Shown in pieces: positions 48,514 to 56,962 of a stretch of 64,000 bases of DNA. The stretch lies in IMG/VR virus record IMGVR_UViG_3300036770_007539, positions 237,008 through 301,007 of that record, one strand, 5' to 3'. The position numbers and the translations under genes were made by a program. The first letter of the stretch is position 1. Every line of letters begins with the position of its first letter. The notes under the pieces were generated by a model. That model ran no database searches. It worked only from the letters and a program-made list of their open reading frames with translations, and had not been told where the DNA came from.

Positions 48514-48891
48514 ATGGATTTCGTTCTTTCCCGCAAGACTGGCAGCGACATGTACGGATTCTGCCCCCTTTTCCAGTCTTTGGTCATCGGGAATCTGCGC
48601 GTCTCCATCCAAGCGAGTCGAACCCACTTCTCCTCTCCCCAAGCAGACTTCTCCAACTCGGACTTGTATTCTGAGTTCGAAGTGGCGCTGCTGACGCTCC
48701 GAGATGGCAAGTGGTTTCATCCGGAGAAGGACAAGCGGTTCGCTCAAACCGAATGGGCAAAGTACTACTGGAAAGACTACGATGACGTAGCTGCTTACGT
48801 ACCGCGTCATCTGGTGGCGCAAATGATAACTGACCTGCGCTTGGATGCGGCTTCAAGGCGAAAGCGTATGAAGCCGATTGCCAAGAAGTGA
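48514..48891 (+). CDS. Hypothetical protein
   Basis: GAGGTG RBS; 125 aa. Confidence 0.65.
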   Translation: MDFVLSRKTGSDMYGFCPLFQSLVIGNLRVSIQASRTHFSSPQADFSNSDLYSEFEVALLTLRDGKWFHPEKDKRFAQTEWAKYYWKDYDDVAAYVPRHLVAQMITDLRLDAASRRKRMKPIAKK

Positions 48892-48956
48892 CCGCACAGC
48901 CTCTCGGCTCGCCCTTCGGGGCGGGTCGGGAGGCTTTTTTTTTTGCGAAGAAGTAG

Positions 48957-49210
48957 AGCGGCTTCGCCGCTCCAATGTTTCTATCAATTTCTTTTTTTCA
49001 AAGCCATATTCATTTCAATTTCAAAAACAAATCATTTCTTTGAAATCTATTCAGATTCAATTACAAGATACTTTGATTTCAAACAGTATCTTTGATCATC
49101 TTATTCCATACAATGTTTTTCCATTCTTTTCTAACAAAGCCAATGTAGCGCTGACATTCCGTCAATGGTTTTTGTCCCGTTTTTTGCCTTTTACCCCTTC
49201 GGGCTAGGGC
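48957..49210. repeat. AT-rich spacer element 5 (variant)
   Basis: GAGCGGC-TTC-GCCGCTC CAATG ... AGCCAATGTAGCGC ... GCTAGGGC. Confidence 0.7.
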
Positions 49211-49234
49211 AGAATACGTCTAAACGCACGCGAT

Positions 49235-49360
49235 TTGACAAGCGCAAGATCGTTGCTAGTATGTAGGGTGTGAGAACGAATGCGAACACGCAAACGCTCT
49301 CGTCGAGAGTAGCACGGCGCGATTGACAATGTTTGACAATCGCGGATTCGTGGCTACAAT
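49235..49360 (+). promoter_or_regulatory. Tandem sigma70-like promoters, unit 6
   Basis: TTGACA 49235-N16-TAGTAT; TTGACA 49333-N16-TACAAT. Confidence 0.8.
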
Positions 49361-49397
49361 ACAGATGCGGCAATCAAGCCGCGTTTCGGAGGTTGTC

Positions 49398-49853
49398 ATG
49401 TCCAACACGTTCAAGATCGATCCCTCGTTCCTCGTCAAGTTCGTTTCCTCCGTCGTGGATGCTGCGAACAAGCGGATTCCGGTCAAGGATCTGGCTGGAA
49501 TCCTGCAAAGGCTCGACAGCGATCAGGGGCGCGTGGCTGCGTCGTTCGACGCCGACGATCTGGAAAAGGTGATCGTCGGCACGGTCAACAACCTGCACGG
49601 ATTCGACATTCGTGCGGGTCGTTCGGGTGGCGTCGGGCGCGTGGAGATGTTCAAGGGTGGAGCATCCGACGAGCCGAGCGGTGTCGCCGCGCAGATCGCG
49701 GCACGTCTGCGTGAATACTGCAAGGCGGCTGGAAAGCCCTTGGAGATCCCCGAGTCCCGGCGGATCGTCAACGCTTACCTGAACGATCTGATCTTGCAGC
49801 AGGCACCGGGCAATCTGACGGCGGAGGATCTGCTGTCTCGATACGGCGGCTGA
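49398..49853 (+). CDS. Promoter-proximal protein (paralog of 51807..52232)
   Basis: Shared VDAAN.R.PV, RAGRSGGVGR, FKGG, NAYL. Confidence 0.75.
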   Translation: MSNTFKIDPSFLVKFVSSVVDAANKRIPVKDLAGILQRLDSDQGRVAASFDADDLEKVIVGTVNNLHGFDIRAGRSGGVGRVEMFKGGASDEPSGVAAQIAARLREYCKAAGKPLEIPESRRIVNAYLNDLILQQAPGNLTAEDLLSRYGG

Positions 49854-49982
49854 TCGGGTGAGGGAGCGAGCCTTTAGGGGCTCGCTCCCTGTAACCGAGG
49901 GTTGACACCGAAAACATCGGATCTATGTCAATCTTCGGTTACAGGGAGCAATTCCGCTATCCTGTATTCTGGGAGTGTTTGC

Positions 49983-50243
49983 ATGAGAATGCATGAGATT
50001 CTGGCACCGATCCGCGCGCACGCACGTCTCGCTCCGCTGGATCGTCTGTCCGTGGATGGTGCGAAGATCCTCGCCGACATGGTGTACGCCATGCGTGGCG
50101 CGGATCGTCGCTGTCAAGAGCACGCGGCGGATTGTCTCGCGGCTCTGCGTCCGCGTCTCTACGATCTCTGGGACGTGGCTCGCGCTGTCGAGCCGTGTCC
50201 AGAGTGGCTGAAGCCACTGGCGGAGTACGGTCCTCGACACTGA
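49983..50243 (+). CDS. Hypothetical protein
   Basis: GGGAG RBS after a switch-like leader. Confidence 0.55.
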   Translation: MRMHEILAPIRAHARLAPLDRLSVDGAKILADMVYAMRGADRRCQEHAADCLAALRPRLYDLWDVARAVEPCPEWLKPLAEYGPRH

Positions 50244-50316
50244 AACAAGGGCGGGGAACGAGCCCGAATGGGCTCGTTCCCCGCCTGTCTCTCATCTCAA
50301 ACCTGGAGGTTTTCAC

Positions 50317-50655
50317 ATGCGTATGCACCCCACTACTGCCATTCTCGTGACCCTCAACACCTTCGCCCGCGAATACGTCGAGTATTACGGAGGGGTGAAT
50401 CACCTGCTGGACGTTCCTGTTCTCGCGGAACAGGGGCGTGCGCTGGAGGCGGTCATCACCGCCATCTACAAGGGAATCGTCGATGGCAGTATCCCTGCCA
50501 ACGAGCGCACACGTCAAAGCGCGCAACAGTGGAGCGAGGGGTTGATTACCCTTCCAGAATCTCTGGCATTCCTGATCTCTGAGATGAAGCCGCCGAAAGG
50601 CATTCCCCTTCACGGTGAACGCTTGGCGGTCATTCTTGGAGGCTTCTTGCCTTAG
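50317..50655 (+). CDS. Hypothetical protein
   Basis: GGAGG RBS. Confidence 0.6.
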   Translation: MRMHPTTAILVTLNTFAREYVEYYGGVNHLLDVPVLAEQGRALEAVITAIYKGIVDGSIPANERTRQSAQQWSEGLITLPESLAFLISEMKPPKGIPLHGERLAVILGGFLP

Positions 50656-50802
50656 TCATCGACACGAGAGCGAGCCCTCGCAAGGGGCTCGCTCCCTGCA
50701 ATCGAACCTTGACGAGCACTTGTTGCTGTGATAACGTCAAGGTTCGATTCTAGGGGATTGACAATTCTGTGTGAGCTAACCTTTCCCTCAAAGGAGGTAT
50801 CA

Positions 50803-51237
50803 ATGAACATCGAAATCGACCCGATCAGCATGGCTCTCATCAAGAACCCTCGTGCCGTTGCCAAGGCGATGGTGGTCCTGTTTTCTTTCCAGACAGCTAA
50901 GGAGAGAAGCACGGGCATCACCAGGGAATCCAACGGCAAGGGCTTCTCTTCTTACGACGATAAGAAGTGCAGCCGCTACGCACGATGGATCCTCCGCATA
51001 AGTAACAACGCCTCTGACGAGGAGGTGCGGACCAAAATCCGCAACTACCTGACGCACGGTCATCAACCCAACAACCGTGACCTGACCGGTACTCATCTGG
51101 ATGACGCTCGTATGCGCTCTCTCAAGTACGTCGGTCAGCTGAAGCGGTATGCTGACAGCAAGAAGGCTGCCAGCGCGGCGGTCACTGCACCGGTCACGGC
51201 TCCTACGGAGGCGAATGATGCAGCTGACGATTCTTGA
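50803..51237 (+). CDS. Hypothetical protein
   Basis: AAGGAGG RBS. Confidence 0.65.
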   Translation: MNIEIDPISMALIKNPRAVAKAMVVLFSFQTAKERSTGITRESNGKGFSSYDDKKCSRYARWILRISNNASDEEVRTKIRNYLTHGHQPNNRDLTGTHLDDARMRSLKYVGQLKRYADSKKAASAAVTAPVTAPTEANDAADDS

Positions 51238-51293
51238 CTATCTGATCCGTAGCAATGCGGATTGTGTAGTCCAGCAAGCTTGGAAGTGAAAGT

Positions 51294-51333
51294 GAGCGAG
51301 TCCCTGGCAACGGGGGCTCGCTCCTTTTTTTTG
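51294..51333 (+). terminator. Rho-independent terminator
   Basis: GAGCGAG..CTCGCTC stem followed by a T tract. Confidence 0.7.
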
Positions 51334-51344
51334 TGGATTTTTCA

Positions 51345-51600
51345 GCGCTAGGGCGGCTTTGCCGCCCCAATGAGATCAATGTTTGGAGCCCGATCTATTC
51401 CAATGCCCTATTTCTATTCCAACAATGCTTCTATATTCTTCTATCTATCTCTCTTTGCTTCTTTCAATTCATTCTTACAATGAACTTAAACAATCTCTTC
51501 AATGATCAATGTTTGGAGCCAATGTAGGTTTTCCATTGTTTTGGGTGATTTTTAATCTCAGAATTGGTGATTTCCCGAAAAAATGCTTTTTAGCTAGGGC
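51345..51600. repeat. AT-rich spacer element 6 (variant)
   Basis: GGGCGGC-TTT-GCCGCCC CAATG; several CAATG boxes; AGCCAATGTAG; GCTAGGGC. Confidence 0.7.
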
Positions 51601-51624
51601 ATGTTGCGCGTATGGGCGCACGAT

Positions 51625-51652
51625 TTGACAAGCGGGGGATCGTTGCTAGTAT
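51625..51652 (+). promoter_or_regulatory. Sigma70-like promoter, unit 7
   Basis: TTGACA-N16-TAGTAT. Confidence 0.8.
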
Positions 51653-51806
51653 GCAAGGTGTGAGAGAGACGCTAACCGATACGCGATAACGCGATAGGGC
51701 AACGATACGCATTTTCGCGTGTTTATGTTGGCGTGGGCTGAAGCTAGGATTAAGCGATGGTTGCTTAATGCGTGTTTCAGTGGTTGTTTGTTATTCGAGG
51801 TGTATC

Positions 51807-52232
51807 ATGTTCAAGTTCGATTTTTCCGCCGTCCACAACGCTGTTGTTTCGCTCGTCGATGCTGCAAACCACCGCGTTCCGGTGGAGGGGCTTTCCAAGG
51901 ATTTGAAGGTTGCGGGATTCGATCTGGGTGAGGACGCGGACGTGGTTATCCGCGCAATTTGCGCGGCGTCTACGGTCGTGGATTTGCGGGCGGGTCGTTC
52001 TGGCGGCGTTGGTCGAAAGGAGTGGTTTAAGGGCGGGGCTAATCCTGAGCCTACGGGTGTGGGTGCAAAGATCGCCAAATCCATTCGTGAAACCGCTGGA
52101 ATTTCTCTTCCCAAGGGTGATGAGCGTTCGGCTTCTCTGGCAATTGCGAACGCATATCTGGAGGCATTGGCGACTGGAAAATGCGATCCAATGCCGCTGG
52201 CGGAGGTAATCAAGAAGTTCGGCAAGAGCTGA
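51807..52232 (+). CDS. Promoter-proximal protein (paralog of 49398..49853)
   Basis: Shared motifs as listed for 49398..49853. Confidence 0.75.
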   Translation: MFKFDFSAVHNAVVSLVDAANHRVPVEGLSKDLKVAGFDLGEDADVVIRAICAASTVVDLRAGRSGGVGRKEWFKGGANPEPTGVGAKIAKSIRETAGISLPKGDERSASLAIANAYLEALATGKCDPMPLAEVIKKFGKS

Positions 52233-52510
52233 AAAGCCAAGGGTTTGCGGTAATCCCATAAAACCGCTCATAGCTTGCCAACTAGAGTCCTTTCCATTAA
52301 CGTAAGTGGCGGATACGTCCTGTTTTTGGTGTAAATGGTCGCTCTATTATTAGAGTAGTTGGCGCACCTGGGTAAGTGTATAAACTGCCTTTTTCCGGCG
52401 AGGCGATTACCTATCAAATCGTCGGAACCAAAACTAAAAAGTTAGAATAACTGGGCTGGCTATTTTTATAATAGCTGGTCTTAGATACTCTCGACAAAAG
52501 AGGAAAAGTC

Positions 52511-52957
52511 ATGAAACAAATTTTGGACGTTGAGGATTTCACCTTTTCTCTCGAGCCGGATCGGTATGAGATTCTGAGTCTAAAAGGTGCAAATCTCTAC
52601 GAAGATCGAAACATCTGGCTTGAAAAAGCGGAAAATGGGGAAGGTTGGGATGTATTCATTACTTACCGACCGGAAGATGACGATAACCGTGGCAGCTACA
52701 ATCCTGTGGGATTGAATCGATCCTGGGCTAAAAAGTTCAAGACTGAAATGCAGGAAGATCAGGATGGTGAGGTTAAACCCTGGAATATGGGCAGTAATCT
52801 GACCACGGATGAAGTTAAGGGAATGGTTCGATATTTCCGCCGAACGGCATTGGTGGGGATATTGCGAGCCAAGCGGGATCGTGAGTGTTACGGTGAGGAT
52901 TTGGAAAAGGAGAAGTGGGACAATTACTGGGCGGGTGAGGGATATTCTGGGTATTGA
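52511..52957 (+). CDS. Hypothetical protein (paralog of 47390..47848)
   Basis: Long shared blocks. Confidence 0.75.
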   Translation: MKQILDVEDFTFSLEPDRYEILSLKGANLYEDRNIWLEKAENGEGWDVFITYRPEDDDNRGSYNPVGLNRSWAKKFKTEMQEDQDGEVKPWNMGSNLTTDEVKGMVRYFRRTALVGILRAKRDRECYGEDLEKEKWDNYWAGEGYSGY

Positions 52958-53083
52958 GGGTAAACACCTGGGTAAGTGTTAAAACTGCCTTTTTCCCTAG
53001 GATGCGATTACCTATCAATTCCTAGGGACCAAACAATCAGAAAAACCAATAACTGAGTGTTTTTCGGAACAAGGAGAAATCAA

Positions 53084-53395
53084 ATGACCTTGCATTATCT
53101 CATGGCGGAATATGTTGATTCTCAATCGTACATGCACAATAACAGCGAAGTTATTGGTGGTCCTGGGTATAAGGAAAAGCAAAAGAGGCATTTGCGAGCC
53201 TGCAAAAAGCTCCAGGAATACGTCATGAACAATCTTCCCGCTGAAGATAACTTCAGCATTTACAATGGGGAAACCGAGGAGCGTCTAGTTTCTTTAATTA
53301 AGGAAACTGGGGAAGAACTATTTTACTCGAACGCTTCATGCGGCACGCGAATCTGTAGGGATAAGTTTGGGTTGGTTTATGTATTCGGCGTGTAA
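53084..53395 (+). CDS. Hypothetical protein
   Basis: AAGGAG RBS. Confidence 0.6.
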   Translation: MTLHYLMAEYVDSQSYMHNNSEVIGGPGYKEKQKRHLRACKKLQEYVMNNLPAEDNFSIYNGETEERLVSLIKETGEELFYSNASCGTRICRDKFGLVYVFGV

Positions 53396-53410
53396 TAGAA
53401 GGAGAGAATC

Positions 53411-53566
53411 ATGAACGAACGTGTTAGGTTGATTCGTCGAAAGCTCATTGATTACACTTCGGAATCCGAGGAATTCAAGGATTTCTATTTGGTGATTGAG
53501 GGTCAAAAGCTGACATTCAGCAGAGCCGGTGAGACGATCGAAATCAACATCGAAGAAAAGAGTTGA
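53411..53566 (+). CDS. 51 aa protein (paralog of 54441..54611)
   Basis: MNE.V.L...QKLT...E.IEINI.EKS; hand-translated. Confidence 0.6.
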   Translation: MNERVRLIRRKLIDYTSESEEFKDFYLVIEGQKLTFSRAGETIEINIEEKS

Positions 53567-53675
53567 AGTTTACACCTGGACAAGTGGATAAACTGTCTTT
53601 TCCTAATGGTGAGATTACCTATCAATCCATTAGGACCAAACAATCAGAAAAACCAATAACTGAGAGGTTATCATC

Positions 53676-54170
53676 ATGGCAATGGCAAATGTTCGTGGTT
53701 ATGTGGTTGAGTCCGAAGATTCTGATAACGAGGATTCGGATCGCGAGGATTCGGATAACGAGATCAAGGCAGAAATCCGAAGGGAAATGATTGCCAAGCT
53801 CGCGAGGGAATGGAATCAAATCAATAACCGAATCGAAATCGAAAGTTTCGATGATGAGCTTCAAGGTCAAAGGGCGGATTATCATGCCGAAATGGCAGAT
53901 GAATACGTCCAAAACTGTCTTTATGGGCTTTTCAAGGAAAAGCCCAATGTAACTCCAGAGGAAAAGGCGGCTTTCATTGAAAAAGCCCAAAACGAATATT
54001 ACAAGAAAGTTTCCCAAGAGGAAAACAAGATTTATCTGCAGAAGCAGGTAATCGAGGAGCTTTTGGGAAATTTGGGTGCTCGAATGATGCGTCCTTATGA
54101 GCATCATAACGAGATGGAGGGTTATTACCGATATATGGAAAACCGATACAACAATGATCGGGATTGGTAA
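53676..54170 (+). CDS. Acidic coiled-coil protein (paralog of 45684..46157)
   Basis: Shared C-terminus. Confidence 0.7.
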   Translation: MAMANVRGYVVESEDSDNEDSDREDSDNEIKAEIRREMIAKLAREWNQINNRIEIESFDDELQGQRADYHAEMADEYVQNCLYGLFKEKPNVTPEEKAAFIEKAQNEYYKKVSQEENKIYLQKQVIEELLGNLGARMMRPYEHHNEMEGYYRYMENRYNNDRDW

Positions 54171-54234
54171 TAACTGAACAAACACCTAGGGTAAGTGTAT
54201 AAACTGCCCTTTTCCTAAAGGTTGGAGGTGCGAT

Positions 54235-54426
54235 ATGGGTTACGACATGAATCTCGGAAACATAAACTTCGAGAATATGGTAAAGCGAACGGCTCAAATG
54301 CTTTCCTTTGAGGTTTCCGTGGAGGATATTCGCGAAGCCCTAATCGCAGAAGGTTGCACGGAGGAGCAAGCGTATTTTGTTTATATTGCGGCAAAGTTGC
54401 TTCTTCGCGAGCCTGCAAACCCTTGA
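54235..54426 (+). CDS. Hypothetical protein
   Basis: GGAGG RBS. Confidence 0.6.
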   Translation: MGYDMNLGNINFENMVKRTAQMLSFEVSVEDIREALIAEGCTEEQAYFVYIAAKLLLREPANP

Positions 54427-54440
54427 AATAGGAGGAAATC

Positions 54441-54611
54441 ATGAATGAAAAGGTCAAACTTCTTCTCGAGAAAATCGTAGATTTCGTTACCTTGGAATCC
54501 GAGGATTTCGAGGACTACGACCTAATATGGGATAACCAAAAGGAACTTCAAAAGCTGACATTAATCGGTGCCAGCGAGAAGATCGAAATCAACATCCAAG
54601 AAAAGAGTTGA
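54441..54611 (+). CDS. 56 aa protein (paralog of 53411..53566)
   Basis: AGGAGG RBS; hand-translated. Confidence 0.6.
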   Translation: MNEKVKLLLEKIVDFVTLESEDFEDYDLIWDNQKELQKLTLIGASEKIEINIQEKS

Positions 54612-54698
54612 GGTTTACACCTAGGGTAAGTGTATAAACTACCCTTGTATAAACTGCCCTTTTCTTCATAAACCTTTCAAAGCAGAGGAAAAAAAGTC

Positions 54699-54974
54699 AT
54701 GAAGATCAGTTTTTGTCATCCCAGGAGCGCACACAAAACTGTTTACTTTTTTTTCGGTCGCCACAATGTTAGGGCTGGCTTTACAGTAAAGGATTCTAAC
54801 GGTTATCTGCCAATGATCCACTTTGGTTTCAATGAAAAAAGCGGGGATATTCGCTTGGGTGTGAGCTTTCAAAGTTACTTGATTTTGAAAGAGCGATTAC
54901 CCGTCTTGGCAGATGGAATCATGAAAGTTCAGAACAAGGCGAGAAAGTTGATTGATACTCGCTGGAAAGATTGA
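54699..54974 (+). CDS. Hypothetical protein
   Basis: 91 aa ORF. Confidence 0.55.
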   Translation: MKISFCHPRSAHKTVYFFFGRHNVRAGFTVKDSNGYLPMIHFGFNEKSGDIRLGVSFQSYLILKERLPVLADGIMKVQNKARKLIDTRWKD

Positions 54975-55025
54975 TCAGCTAAAAGCTGAAGTTTGACACC
55001 TAAGCATGTGTATAAACTGCTTTAC

Positions 55026-55098
55026 GGGTCCATAACTCAATTGGTAGAGTAGCTGGCTTTTAACCAGTTTGTTGGCAGTTCGACCCTGCCTGGACCCA
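55026..55098 (+). tRNA. trnK: tRNA-Lys(UUU)
   Basis: GGGTCCA/TGGACCC acceptor; anticodon loop CTTTTAA; GGCAG-TTCGACC-CTGCC. Confidence 0.9.
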
Positions 55099-55246
55099 CA
55101 AAGAAAAAGACAAATCTAAAAGAGGAAAACATGAAAATCCTGGTATTGAACGATTCTGCGGAGGAGATTCTTTTGGCATTGAAGCCATAGATTGAAAACA
55201 CGGTTACATGCACAAGTAACTTCCTCAAACATTTGAGGGATGGAAA

Positions 55247-55966
55247 ATGAAAGCAAGAATCCTAAGTGACCTACATTTTGAGTTTTCTCAAGACCAAGGA
55301 AAGGATTTTATTGCCAATCAAAACGATTCGGACTATGATCTTTTGATTTTGGCAGGCGATATTGCTCCTGTAGGAATCTTGCTGTCTGTTTTCCAGAAGT
55401 TTCGGAAAGCGGCTGGCAATCGACCTATTGTATTCGTTCCCGGCAATCATGAATATTATCATTCCAGCTTGGAAGAAGCTAACAATATCTTCTCTCAGCT
55501 TGATGAGATTCATGTTTTGAACGGAAATGTTGTCAATATCGGGGATGTGCGAATTGTGGGAACTACCTTGTGGTTTCCTCATTCTGGAATGATGCAAGCC
55601 TCTGATTATCAAATCAATGATTTCCATAAGATTTCTGATTTGAATCAGTGGCTAAATCACCGATCTAGGTGGGAGGCTAACTTCCTAAATCAAAACATCC
55701 AAGAGAATGACATAGTGGTAACTCATTATCTGCCTTGTTATGACTCGGTGGATGATAAGTTCAAGAACAGCAATCTCAACAAATACTTTGTTCATAACGT
55801 AAAGCCTTTGGTTGAGGATTGCGGAGTTAAACTTTGGGTTCATGGTCATACCCATTCTTCTGTGGATTACACTTTGGGTTCTACCAGGGTGGTTTGTAAT
55901 CCCTGTGGATATCCTGGGCATGATTTGAATCTGAACTTTAACAACCGCCTAACCATTGATCTTTAA
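55247..55966 (+). CDS. Calcineurin-like metallophosphoesterase
   Basis: LSDLHFE, LAGDI, VPGNHEYY, VTHYLP, WVHGHTH, VVCNP.GY. Confidence 0.9.
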   Translation: MKARILSDLHFEFSQDQGKDFIANQNDSDYDLLILAGDIAPVGILLSVFQKFRKAAGNRPIVFVPGNHEYYHSSLEEANNIFSQLDEIHVLNGNVVNIGDVRIVGTTLWFPHSGMMQASDYQINDFHKISDLNQWLNHRSRWEANFLNQNIQENDIVVTHYLPCYDSVDDKFKNSNLNKYFVHNVKPLVEDCGVKLWVHGHTHSSVDYTLGSTRVVCNPCGYPGHDLNLNFNNRLTIDL

Positions 55967-56062
55967 TGACATGGTGGCAATGTCTTAGGTTCCCACTTAT
56001 CCTATAAAAGTGGAAGTTTCTCCTATTACCCAAAACACACCCATTAACAAACAAAGGTAAAT

Positions 56063-56482
56063 ATGAACAAAGCAGCTTCTTTGTACGATTCGGCAGCAAA
56101 CCTTATTTCCGCCAAAGCCGTTTATTGGCTTAATAACCATCGTTTGCAACTCCTGAATCTTAAGAATAGCGAAATTACCCGACGTTTGAGCAGTTACAAT
56201 ATGGGTTGGATTTCGGCTATCTCGATTCTCGAGCATTTTAGCTTTCTTCAATCCTTGGACGAAGAATTCATGAATCATCGGGAATATCAAATTCTGTGTG
56301 ATTCCTGGTTTGCTTCTCATGATGCAGCTTTGGTTGAATGGGCAAAGATGGAATTTGAGCAATTGGCTCAAGTTGCAAAGGAAGATATGGAGGGAATTAC
56401 TAAAGACTCAATTTCCCCCCGAGCCGCACAACAGCTTTTTGATACAGTTCGCATCAGAAACTTTAAGGGTCTGGCTGCGTAA
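56063..56482 (+). CDS. Hypothetical protein
   Basis: 139 aa ORF. Confidence 0.6.
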   Translation: MNKAASLYDSAANLISAKAVYWLNNHRLQLLNLKNSEITRRLSSYNMGWISAISILEHFSFLQSLDEEFMNHREYQILCDSWFASHDAALVEWAKMEFEQLAQVAKEDMEGITKDSISPRAAQQLFDTVRIRNFKGLAA

Positions 56483-56546
56483 AGGTAAAGATTCACCTGG
56501 GCATGTGGATAAACTGCCCTTTCCCCCAACATAAAAACGAGGCTTT

Positions 56547-56726
56547 ATGAACAACGATTCTACTCAGTTTCAGTTTACTTGCTGTGATTCTTGTTTTCAG
56601 AAGTCTGTTTGTACCGTTCATTATTACAACGGTATTCCTGTAATTGCTACCTGCAAAACCTGCGATCTTCGTGCCTTCCAAAATAAGGCTTCTCAGCAAA
56701 TCAATCAATGGCTAATCGGTAAGTAA
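56547..56726 (+). CDS. 59 aa Cys-rich protein
   Basis: CCDSC..C..CKTC; hand-translated. Confidence 0.5.
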   Translation: MNNDSTQFQFTCCDSCFQKSVCTVHYYNGIPVIATCKTCDLRAFQNKASQQINQWLIGK

Positions 56727-56736
56727 AGATAAAACC

Positions 56737-56922
56737 ATGCGTAATTACCAAGAATCCCTCAATCGTTTGATTTGTGACATGACTTCTCTAAAGCGCGTTT
56801 ATGAGTGTACGCATCCAAAGACAAATGATACTTTTGTGGAATTGGTGGAGGATAACGTAACCACTCGATATCGTTGGGATATTGAAGATGGGTTTATATC
56901 TTGCGGCGAAGTTTTATTTTGA
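56737..56922 (+). CDS. Hypothetical protein
   Basis: 61 aa ORF. Confidence 0.5.
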   Translation: MRNYQESLNRLICDMTSLKRVYECTHPKTNDTFVELVEDNVTTRYRWDIEDGFISCGEVLF

Positions 56923-56934
56923 AGGTTGAAGGGC

Positions 56935-56962
56935 TTGACAAGAAAATTTCCCGTGTTATGTT
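56935..56962 (+). promoter_or_regulatory. Sigma70-like promoter
   Basis: TTGACA-N16-TATGTT with extended TG. Confidence 0.7.

Noticed and set aside
39200-50760. Integron attC cassette array
   Set aside because: No consistent RYYYAAC/GTTRRRY cores and no tyrosine integrase in the window; G-U pairs and tetraloops point to plus-strand RNA structure
33300-52300. Long minus-strand and alternative-frame ORFs (e.g. 35973..36989, 37078..38562, 39811..40887)
   Set aside because: Expected in GC-rich DNA; they run across promoters and hairpins and oppose well-punctuated plus-strand genes
55131-55250. In-frame TAG in a small ORF that would otherwise couple to the phosphoesterase, suggesting amber recoding
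   Set aside because: TAG acts as a normal stop elsewhere (e.g. 40629, 42890), long genes have no internal TAG, and no suppressor tRNA is seen; probably a small pseudogene or chance
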